Source: an uncultured Pelagibacteraceae bacterium (GTDB taxonomy: Bacteria; Pseudomonadota; Alphaproteobacteria; Pelagibacterales; Pelagibacteraceae). Taken from it: 64,000 nucleotides of DNA. The notes under the pieces are model-generated. The model was not told the DNA's origin and did no database searches. It worked only from the letters and a program-made list of their open reading frames with translations. The stretch lies in the NCBI GenBank assembly GCA_902588515.1, contig CACIPP010000002.1:12810-76809 (forward strand). The letters are read 5' to 3'. A program made the translations under genes and the position numbers. Shown piece after piece: positions 49,977 through 57,312 of this stretch (the first letter of the stretch is position 1; each line of letters opens with the position of its first letter).

Positions 49977-50795
49977 ATGTTCAATAAACAATATAACAAT
50001 ATCATAGATAAACTATGCGTCAGATTATTGCATATAAAAAAAAAGAATCGAAAAGTATTTATAGTTTTATCAGGGGCACAAGGATCGGGAAAAACTACAT
50101 TAACGAGGAATCTTAAATACAAGTTAGCTAAAAACTATAAAGTTTTGAGTCTATCGATTGATGACTTTTACTTATCAAAAAGGGATAGAGCAATTTTAAG
50201 TAGTAGCAGTAGCCAATTATTTAAAACAAGAGGAGTTCCAGGTACCCATAATATTAAAAACTTAGAAAAAGTTCTTAAAATATTCAAATCTGGTAAAAGC
50301 AGAGCTTTTAGTATTCCTATTTTTTCAAAAGCAAAAGATGATATAGAAAAAAGAAGAAAAAATTTATTAAAGTTTCCTTATGACTTTTTTTTATTAGAAG
50401 GGTGGTGCAACGGGTATAGAGGAGAGATAAATAAAAATTTAAATAAACCAATTAATTTGCTCGAGAAGAGATTTGATAAGAGTAGAATCTGGAGAAAAAA
50501 TGTTAATATTTTTAGTAAAATTTATTATTTAAAAATTTATAAAAAAGCAGATTTTTCAATTTTTTTAAAAGTACCTAGTTTTAACAAAGTATTCTATTGG
50601 AGAAAAAAGCAAGAAATGCAAATACCTAAAAAGTACAGAATGTCACCAAGGAAAATAAAAGAATTTATTTGTTTCTATGAAAGGATAACAAAAAATTTAC
50701 TTTTTAATTTTAAGAAATATTTTGATTGTTATATTACTATTGACAAATTTCATAATTACAAAAGTTTGACTTACAAAAATGCCAAAAAAAGCTAA
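49977..50795 (+). CDS. P-loop kinase, D-glycerate 3-kinase (GLYK)-like
   Basis: GAQGSGKTTL ... LSIDDFYLSKRDR ... RGVPGTHNI ... LLEGWC resembles the GLYK / uridine-kinase-fold family. The assignment rests on motif memory only. Confidence 0.5.
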   Translation: MFNKQYNNIIDKLCVRLLHIKKKNRKVFIVLSGAQGSGKTTLTRNLKYKLAKNYKVLSLSIDDFYLSKRDRAILSSSSSQLFKTRGVPGTHNIKNLEKVLKIFKSGKSRAFSIPIFSKAKDDIEKRRKNLLKFPYDFFLLEGWCNGYRGEINKNLNKPINLLEKRFDKSRIWRKNVNIFSKIYYLKIYKKADFSIFLKVPSFNKVFYWRKKQEMQIPKKYRMSPRKIKEFICFYERITKNLLFNFKKYFDCYITIDKFHNYKSLTYKNAKKS

Positions 50796-50961
50796 GGTTC
50801 TCTCAGATGATGGAGTTTATTTGGAAGTTGAAATAGAAAAATTTTATAATCACCTTCAAAGGTATCATGCAAATGGAACATCAATTCATGAGGAAAAAGG
50901 GCACTTTTTCACCGTAAATAATAATTTTAGAAAAAAGATTAAAAGGCTTGTTGAAAAGTAA
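50779..50961 (+). CDS. Hypothetical 60-aa protein
   Basis: The ORF starts at an ATG and overlaps the upstream gene's end by 17 nt. It is basic at both ends. I recognise no family. In such a compact genome the space is probably coding. Confidence 0.35.
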   Translation: MPKKAKVLSDDGVYLEVEIEKFYNHLQRYHANGTSIHEEKGHFFTVNNNFRKKIKRLVEK

Positions 50962-50980
50962 TTCATCATATATATTTAAA

Positions 50981-51084
50981 AGGTCGATTTGATACAGCTT
51001 GCGGACTAAGTAACAGCTAAAGCGGAACTTCCCAAAAGCTTAGGTAATTCATTTCGGACAGAAAAATGATAATTAACTAAGGAG
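50981..51084 (+). promoter_or_regulatory. Candidate SAM-II/SAM-V-class riboswitch leader of metY
   Basis: This 129-nt leader is unusually long and relatively GC-rich for this genome, and it sits directly 5' of metY. CGAUUU (50985-90) can pair with AAAGCG (51019-24). AGCU (50996-99) can pair with AGCU (51015-18). Loop CUAAG (51006-10) can pair with downstream CUUAG (51039-43) to form an H-type pseudoknot. The SAM-V class is known from marine alphaproteobacterial metY leaders. Confidence 0.55.
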
Positions 51085-51090
51085 TAAAAA

Positions 51091-52389
51091 ATGACAACAA
51101 ATAGTCAAAACCCAGAGACCATTGGTCTTCATGGTGGTACGTTTAGGAGAGACGAAAGTCAAACTTCTGTTGCAGTACCAATACATCAAACCACTTCATA
51201 TCAGTTTAATTCTGCTGAGCATGCAGGAAATTTATTTGGATTGAAGGAGTTTGGAAATATTTACACCAGAATTATGAACCCAACTACTAATGTATTAGAG
51301 GAAAGAGTGGCTGCATTAGAAGGTGGAGTTGCTGGACTGTGTGTAAGTTCAGGTCAAGCGGCATCAGCTTTTACGGTTCAAAATCTTTGTAATGCCGGAG
51401 ATAATATAGTGGCATCAACCGATCTATACGGTGGAACTGTAAACTTATTTAATAATACCTTAAAACAAATGGGTATTGAGGTTCGTTATGCTGATCCAGT
51501 TGATCCAAAAAATTTTGAGAAGGTAAGTGACGATAAAACTAGAGCATATTATGCTGAAACTCTACCTAACCCTTCTCTTAGAGTTTTTCCTATTAGTGAG
51601 GTTGCTGAAATTGGAAAAAGTAAAGGGATACCGCTAATTATGGATAATACTGCGTGCCCTGTGATCTGCAAACCAATAGAACACGGTGCAGCAATTGTTA
51701 TGCATTCATTAACAAAATTTATTGGCGGTCATGGTACCAGCATTGGAGGAATAATCGTTGATTCCGGAAAATTTGACTGGTCAAAAAATAAAAAAAGGCA
51801 TCCAAATATTTGGGAACCAGATCCATCATACCATGGTGCCGTATGGGGTGATGCTGTTCCTCAGCTTACTGGAGCAAATATTCCATATATAATAAGAGCA
51901 AGAGTAGTTTTACTTCGAGATCTTGGATCAGCAATTAGCCCTTTCAATGCATTTCAAATCATTCAAGGACTTGAGACTGTTACATTAAGAATGAAACAAC
52001 ATTGTTCAAATGCTGAGAAGGTTAAAGACTTTTTATCGAAACACGATAAGGTTCAAAAAGTTATTTATTCAACATTACATAAAGGTGAGGTTGGACAAAG
52101 AGCAAAAAAATACTTTAATGGCGGCAATGGTGCTCTCATCGGCTTTGAATTAAAGGGAGGTCTTGAAGCAGGTAAAAAGTTTATCGATAATTTAAAGATG
52201 CTTTATCATGTAGCAAATATAGGTGATGCAAGATCACTAGCAATACATCCTGCAAGCACGACTCACTCTCAGCTATCTGAAAAAGACCAAATAGCTGCTG
52301 GGGTAACACCAGGGTATGTGAGACTATCAATTGGAATTGAGCATCCAGACGATATTATTGCAGATATAGACCAAGCACTAAGTGCATAA
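51091..52389 (+). CDS. metY: O-acetylhomoserine sulfhydrylase (aminocarboxypropyltransferase)
   Basis: 432 aa. Motifs include G.R.D.......VPI.QT.SY.F.......LF......NIYTRIMNPT and the PLP lysine in HSLTKFIGGHG. A strong SD (AAGGAG) lies 6 nt upstream of the start. Confidence 0.92.
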   Translation: MTTNSQNPETIGLHGGTFRRDESQTSVAVPIHQTTSYQFNSAEHAGNLFGLKEFGNIYTRIMNPTTNVLEERVAALEGGVAGLCVSSGQAASAFTVQNLCNAGDNIVASTDLYGGTVNLFNNTLKQMGIEVRYADPVDPKNFEKVSDDKTRAYYAETLPNPSLRVFPISEVAEIGKSKGIPLIMDNTACPVICKPIEHGAAIVMHSLTKFIGGHGTSIGGIIVDSGKFDWSKNKKRHPNIWEPDPSYHGAVWGDAVPQLTGANIPYIIRARVVLLRDLGSAISPFNAFQIIQGLETVTLRMKQHCSNAEKVKDFLSKHDKVQKVIYSTLHKGEVGQRAKKYFNGGNGALIGFELKGGLEAGKKFIDNLKMLYHVANIGDARSLAIHPASTTHSQLSEKDQIAAGVTPGYVRLSIGIEHPDDIIADIDQALSA

Positions 52390-52397
52390 CTTTTAAA

Positions 52398-52426
52398 AAC
52401 AAGCCACAAGATAATTGTGGCTTGTT
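52398..52426 (+). terminator. 12-bp hairpin after metY (AACAAGCCACAA-GATAA-TTGTGGCTTGTT)
   Basis: A perfect 12-bp stem starts 9 nt after the metY stop. The plus-strand 3' side lacks a clean U tract (AAAATATTT), so it may be a weak terminator or an mRNA-stabilising hairpin. Confidence 0.55.
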
Positions 52427-52435
52427 AAAATATTT

Positions 52436-53134
52436 ATGAATAAAGAAAATTTAGCAGTTGTTATTGGCGGCACAGGCTCAATTGGAGGAGCAATTTCTGA
52501 ACAAATTAGAAGTTTAGGTTTCAAAGAAATTATTAAAATTGGCAGAATGACCAACCCATCAATTGACTTTAATGATGAGCAAACAATTAAAAATGCAGCT
52601 GAATTTATAAAAAATAAAAAAAAAGCTATTTCAATTTTATTTGATGCTACTGGAATTTTACATGATGAAGAAAATAATCAAATGCCAGAGAAGACTTTAA
52701 AAAATATTAATTTAAAATTTGCGCAGAAAAATTTTTTAATCAATACAATTGGTCCGTCCTTATTGATTAAACACTTTGCTCCATTATTAGATAGTGAGCA
52801 GAAATCTGTGTTTGCTACATTGTCCGCAAAAGTTGGTTCAATATCAGATAATGGATTTGGTGGATGGTACTCTTATAGAGCTTCAAAGGCAGCTCTTAAT
52901 CAATTAATAAAAACAGCTTCAATTGAAATGAAAATTAAAAATAAAAATTCGATTTTTATAGCTCTTCATCCAGGTACAGTTAAATCTAAATTATCAAAAC
53001 CTTTTCAGAAAAGTAATCTTAAAATACAGACACCTGAAGAATCTGCTGCTCATTTAATTACAATCATAAAAGAATTAAAGACATCAGAAACTGGAAAATT
53101 TTTTAATTGGGACGGTACGGAGCTACCGTGGTGA
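52436..53134 (+). CDS. Short-chain dehydrogenase/reductase (SDR)
   Basis: It has the cofactor loop VVIGGTGSIGGAI and the catalytic YSYRASKAALN. The ATG at 52436 (MNKENLAVV) was chosen. The track start lies inside the upstream hairpin. Confidence 0.8.
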   Translation: MNKENLAVVIGGTGSIGGAISEQIRSLGFKEIIKIGRMTNPSIDFNDEQTIKNAAEFIKNKKKAISILFDATGILHDEENNQMPEKTLKNINLKFAQKNFLINTIGPSLLIKHFAPLLDSEQKSVFATLSAKVGSISDNGFGGWYSYRASKAALNQLIKTASIEMKIKNKNSIFIALHPGTVKSKLSKPFQKSNLKIQTPEESAAHLITIIKELKTSETGKFFNWDGTELPW

Positions 53135-53139
53135 ACTAC

Positions 53140-53592
53140 TTAAAATAATTTTTTATATTTTTTACCAGAGATATAACCTTCTAATCTTGAATATTCTTTA
53201 CATTTGCAACCTGCTAATTTTGCTAGAATTTGATTAGCCTGCTCTATTCTACCAGTATTAACGTATAATTCCCCTAAATACTCTAAAGCTCCTTTATGTT
53301 TAGGATCTATATCCAACGCAATTTTGTATTGTTTTTCAGATTTTTCAAAGTTGTTATTTTTTCTTAAACTAAATGCATATAAATTTATAATATCGGGATC
53401 ATTTTGAAACTTCTTTGTAGAAAGTATTTCTTCTAATTTTTCTATAGCTTCACTATAGTTTTCTTTTTTAATTAATTTTTTTACTTTTGAGTAATTTTTT
53501 GGTTTTACAACTGTGTCATCACTATCACTGCCTGCGGCAAATACCGTATTTGTTAGACTAATTAGTAATAAAAATGTTAAAAGTGTTTTCAT
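53140..53592 (-). CDS. Exported TPR-repeat protein
   Basis: It has a signal peptide (MKTLLTFLLLISLTNTVFA). TPR-like repeats are present (Y..A...L........D....N..AF..RK..N...S...Y..AL..DP.H..ALEYLGELY...G....A). Confidence 0.6.
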   Translation of the reverse strand: MKTLLTFLLLISLTNTVFAAGSDSDDTVVKPKNYSKVKKLIKKENYSEAIEKLEEILSTKKFQNDPDIINLYAFSLRKNNNFEKSEKQYKIALDIDPKHKGALEYLGELYVNTGRIEQANQILAKLAGCKCKEYSRLEGYISGKKYKKLF

Positions 53593-53624
53593 TGAACGTT
53601 GCTATATATATAAATAAATAAATT

Positions 53625-55226
53625 ATGGAAAGTATTTATAAATCAGATGTTGTTATTGTTGGGTCTGGAATATCTGGACTTACTGTCGCAATATCCTTGT
53701 ATCCAAGGAAAGTAACTCTTGTTACTAAGCGCAAGCTTGGAGAGATGTCCTCAAGTGCTTGGGCTCAAGGTGGAATAGCCGCGGCAGTAAGTGAGGAGGA
53801 TTCGCCACAAAAACATTTTGAAGATACAATTAAAGTAAGTGCAGGATTGAGTGATGAAAATTCTGTTAAAGAAATAACTGAGAAAGCAGCAAGTGTAGTT
53901 AATTTTTTAGAAAAAATAGGAGTTATATTTGATAGGGAAAAAGGAGAATTATCTTTATCAAAAGAAGCAGCCCACTCTCAGAGAAGAGTTTTAAAAGTTA
54001 ACGGCGATCAATCAGGTAAATTTATTGTAGAAAAATTAATTAATTATGCAAGAAAACTTGGTCATATTACATTCGTTGAGAATGTTTCAATCGATCATAT
54101 TACAAAAAATAATAACAATGAGTGCACTGGAGTGATCGGTCACATTCATCAAGATCAAATAGTAGATAACATAGTTTTTTTTCAAGCTCCAAATGTCATT
54201 TTAGCTACAGGCGGCATTGGAAGTATTTATGCATACACCACAAATCCGAGAGATGTTTATGGAGAAGGTATATCATTAGCAGCCACAGCAGGTGCAGAAC
54301 TGGTAGATTTAGAATTTGTGCAGTTTCATCCAACAGCACTTGATATAGGTGTAGATCCCAATCCACTTCTTACAGAGGCAATTAGAGGGGAGGGCGCAAC
54401 TTTGGTAGATGAAAATAACAATAGGTTTATGAAAAAAATTCACGCCTTATCTGATCTAGCTCCAAGAGACATTGTTTCAAGAGCAATACATGATCTTAAA
54501 ATGCAAGGTCATTCCACATTTTTAGATTGTAGAAAATTTAATTCAAATACATTTAAAAAATTATTTCCAACAGCTGATAAATATTTAAAAAATGCAAATA
54601 TTAATGTTGAAAAAGAATTAATACCCATAGTACCTGCTGCTCATTATCATATGGGGGGAACTAAAGTAAACATGGACGGAATGACATCTATTAATGGATT
54701 GTGGGCGTGTGGCGAAACAAGTTCAACTGGAGCACACGGGGCGAATCGATTAGCTAGCAATTCTCTTTTGGAAGCTTTCGTTTATGCCATTCGAATAGCA
54801 AGAAAGATTAATTCATTACCTATTAAAAACTATGCTATCAGATCAATAAACATTAAAAATTACTTACCAAAAGAAAAAACTATAAGTAAAGTAAGAGCTA
54901 AAAAATATATTTGGCAATTAAGATCTACAATGAATAAATTTGTAGGTGTTGAAAGATCAGATAAGACTTTAAATAATGCTTTTGTTGAATTTGACAAAAT
55001 TGAAAGGGAAGCTAAAAACTTATCTGCAAAGTTAAAAGATATGCTGTTAGTTTCAAGATTAATAACATTTGCTGCTAAACTGAGAAAAGAAAGTAGAGGG
55101 ACGCATTATAGAACTGACTTTCCAAATATGAATACAAACTATAATCAAAGAAAAGTCCTTAATATAAATGACCTAAATAGTTTTTTAAGTGAAAAAGAAT
55201 ACGACAAGAAAGTTGTAAATGAATAG
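53625..55226 (+). CDS. nadB: L-aspartate oxidase
   Basis: Motifs include the FAD site DVVIVGSGISGL, SSAWAQGGIAA, HPT, AHYHMGG, and GL.A.GE...TG.HGANRLASNSLLE. Confidence 0.9.
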   Translation: MESIYKSDVVIVGSGISGLTVAISLYPRKVTLVTKRKLGEMSSSAWAQGGIAAAVSEEDSPQKHFEDTIKVSAGLSDENSVKEITEKAASVVNFLEKIGVIFDREKGELSLSKEAAHSQRRVLKVNGDQSGKFIVEKLINYARKLGHITFVENVSIDHITKNNNNECTGVIGHIHQDQIVDNIVFFQAPNVILATGGIGSIYAYTTNPRDVYGEGISLAATAGAELVDLEFVQFHPTALDIGVDPNPLLTEAIRGEGATLVDENNNRFMKKIHALSDLAPRDIVSRAIHDLKMQGHSTFLDCRKFNSNTFKKLFPTADKYLKNANINVEKELIPIVPAAHYHMGGTKVNMDGMTSINGLWACGETSSTGAHGANRLASNSLLEAFVYAIRIARKINSLPIKNYAIRSINIKNYLPKEKTISKVRAKKYIWQLRSTMNKFVGVERSDKTLNNAFVEFDKIEREAKNLSAKLKDMLLVSRLITFAAKLRKESRGTHYRTDFPNMNTNYNQRKVLNINDLNSFLSEKEYDKKVVNE

Positions 55227-56073
55227 AATTGTTTATTTGAATGGTCATTTTAGTGATGAAAAAGATGCTAAGATTTCAATTTTTGATAGGTCGTTTCTTT
55301 TCAGTGATTCCGTATATGAGGTCACAACAGTACTTGATGGAAAAATGATAGATTTTGATAATCACATGAAAAGACTGGATAGATCAATGTCTGAATTAAA
55401 ATTTCCAAAAATGTTAAATCATGACTCTATAAAAAAATTTCATAAAGATTTAATTGTAAAAAATGAATTAAAAGAGGGTATTATATACTTGCATGTCAGC
55501 AGAGGCATCGCAGATAGAAGCTTTAATTTTCCTCCAAAAAATATTGATTTAACCGTAGCTGCTTTTACACAAGAAAAAAAACTTTTGAAAAACGATGAAG
55601 TTGCTAATGGTATTCGAGTTATGACAGTAGAAGATAAAAGATGGAAAAGATGCGATATTAAAACAACTCAATTGTTATATCCATCTTTTGCCAAAGCACA
55701 GGCATCCGAAAAAGGATTCGATGATGCCTGGATGTTGCGTGATGGATATATATCTGAAGGGACCTCAAATAACGCTTGGATAATAAAATCAGGAAATATA
55801 TTAACAAGAGAAGCGGATGAATTAATTTTAAATGGTATTACAAGGCAATCAGTTATCAATTGTGCAAAATTACTTGGTTATAAAATTAGTTATAAGGGTT
55901 TTACATTAGATGATGCTATAACAGCTGATGAAGCCTTTATTACGAGCGCTACAACCTTTGTTACACCTGTAGTAAACATTAACGGAAAGCAAATTAAAGA
56001 TGGAAAACCTGGTAAATTTACAGGTCAATTAAGAGAAGAATATATCAAAAACTCTTTAAAAACTGCAATTTAA
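55219..56073 (+). CDS. Class IV (fold type IV) aminotransferase, D-amino-acid/branched-chain type
   Basis: It shows NG.F......A.IS.FDR.F.F.D.VYE and RL..S. The PLP lysine context is R...CDIKTT.LL. Further motifs are EG.S.N......G...T and GITR. It overlaps nadB by 8 nt. Confidence 0.8.
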   Translation: MNRIVYLNGHFSDEKDAKISIFDRSFLFSDSVYEVTTVLDGKMIDFDNHMKRLDRSMSELKFPKMLNHDSIKKFHKDLIVKNELKEGIIYLHVSRGIADRSFNFPPKNIDLTVAAFTQEKKLLKNDEVANGIRVMTVEDKRWKRCDIKTTQLLYPSFAKAQASEKGFDDAWMLRDGYISEGTSNNAWIIKSGNILTREADELILNGITRQSVINCAKLLGYKISYKGFTLDDAITADEAFITSATTFVTPVVNINGKQIKDGKPGKFTGQLREEYIKNSLKTAI

Positions 56074-56143
56074 GGTAATAAATAATTGTTAATAATTTTT
56101 TTTTATCTGGTCTTCAATAGCGAATATTTATAGGAGTTGAAAT

Positions 56144-56195
56144 GTGTGCTTTAATTTGCTCATTTCTGTCCCCTGTTAGTTAAATTAAAGCACAC
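56144..56195. other. Perfect 14-bp hairpin in a convergent intergenic region (possible bidirectional terminator or stabiliser)
   Basis: GTGTGCTTTAATTT (56144-57) pairs perfectly with AAATTAAAGCACAC (56182-95) around a 24-nt C-rich loop. Neither side has a clean U tract. It contains a 13-codon ORF with a strong SD (see findings). Confidence 0.4.
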
Positions 56196-56200
56196 CAAAA

Positions 56201-57097
56201 TTATCTGTTTAATAAAATTATTATAACGCCACTTACAAACACTAAGATTCCAAATAATTCTATTTTATTTGTTTTTTCTTTAAAAAAATATTTCGAAGAA
56301 AAATAACTAAATAATAGCTCAATCTGACCAATAGCTCTTACCATAGATCCCTGAATCAAAGTAAATGCATAAAACCAAGATAAAGTAGCAAAAAAACCAC
56401 ATAAACCTGCTGATAAACACTGAAATTTATTTTGTGATAATTTTTTGAATTGTTTCTTTTCAAAAATTACCAAATAGACTGTTAAGATAAGAGATTGAAT
56501 ACAAAGTCCAAAAAACAATGTGATTAACGCTTTATCAAAATTTGATTGTATATTATCTAAACTTAGTGCAGCGCCCCTAAAAAGAACTACACTTAAACCT
56601 AGTAAGAAACCACTTAAAAGACCAACCAATGTGGTTTTTGAGGTTAGTCCTTTAAAAAACAATTTCACATCCTTTACACTAAAAATAATTATTCCAATTG
56701 TAGAGATTAAAATACCCATAACAACAATAGGACTCAATTTATCTCCCAATATTAAAAACTCTAACAAAACAATTTGAATTACTTCAGTTTTGCTTAAAGA
56801 TGTACCAATTACAAAATTTGAAAATTGAAATAAATAAAGTAAAAAAAATGTAAATATGATTTGCGTTACAGAAGCCAAAATAGCAAAAACCATAAATTTA
56901 TCATTCTCTAAAAATGATTTTATTAAGTCAAAATCGTTAAAAAAATAAAAAAATAATATTGCAGCAAATGGCAAAGCAAATATAAATCTTACATATGTTG
57001 ATGCTACTGTAGATATGCTCTTATTTAAATTTTTTTGTAATGAAAACCTTAAGTTTTGAAAAAAGGCTGCTATGATGGTTGCTGCTATCCAGTTCAT
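56201..57097 (-). CDS. EamA/DMT-superfamily permease
   Basis: 298 aa with about 10 TM helices arranged as two EamA-like halves. It starts at an ATG. Confidence 0.7.
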   Translation of the reverse strand: MNWIAATIIAAFFQNLRFSLQKNLNKSISTVASTYVRFIFALPFAAILFFYFFNDFDLIKSFLENDKFMVFAILASVTQIIFTFFLLYLFQFSNFVIGTSLSKTEVIQIVLLEFLILGDKLSPIVVMGILISTIGIIIFSVKDVKLFFKGLTSKTTLVGLLSGFLLGLSVVLFRGAALSLDNIQSNFDKALITLFFGLCIQSLILTVYLVIFEKKQFKKLSQNKFQCLSAGLCGFFATLSWFYAFTLIQGSMVRAIGQIELLFSYFSSKYFFKEKTNKIELFGILVFVSGVIIILLNR

Positions 57098-57150
57098 TTA
57101 TTTTATATTTTAGTAAACTAATGTAATATATAAATTTACTAAATTTTACT

Positions 57151-57312
57151 ATGATTAAAAATATTAATAAAAATTCTGATATTCCAAAAAAAATATCAAT
57201 TTGTGAAAAATGTGGAAATACTTGCGAAGAGGTTGAAAGTAACTTTATATTATATGGATTCAAACTATGTAGATCTTGTAAACTAGCCGAGACCATTTTT
57301 CCTATTTTTTAA
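57151..57312 (+). CDS. Small C4 zinc-ribbon protein (53 aa), absent from the ORF track
   Basis: My translation is MIKNINKNSDIPKKISICEKCGNTCEEVESNFILYGFKLCRSCKLAETIFPIF, with a CxxC-18 aa-CxxC pattern. It fills an otherwise 211-nt gap in a genome with almost no non-coding DNA. Its stop shares a TTAA with the convergent TRAP permease stop. Confidence 0.45.
   Translation: MIKNINKNSDIPKKISICEKCGNTCEEVESNFILYGFKLCRSCKLAETIFPIF

Noticed and set aside
51066-51080. A four-codon uORF (AUG AUA AUU AAC UAA) in the metY leader, considered as an independent feature.
   Set aside because: It is too short, and no SD precedes it. It is mentioned only in the context of the leader structure.
57021-57296. A 91-aa minus-strand ORF between the TRAP permease and the EamA permease.
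   Set aside because: It overlaps the EamA start by 77 nt and has no motif. The same DNA encodes a better-looking C4 zinc-ribbon ORF on the plus strand. It is kept only as the alternative hypothesis.
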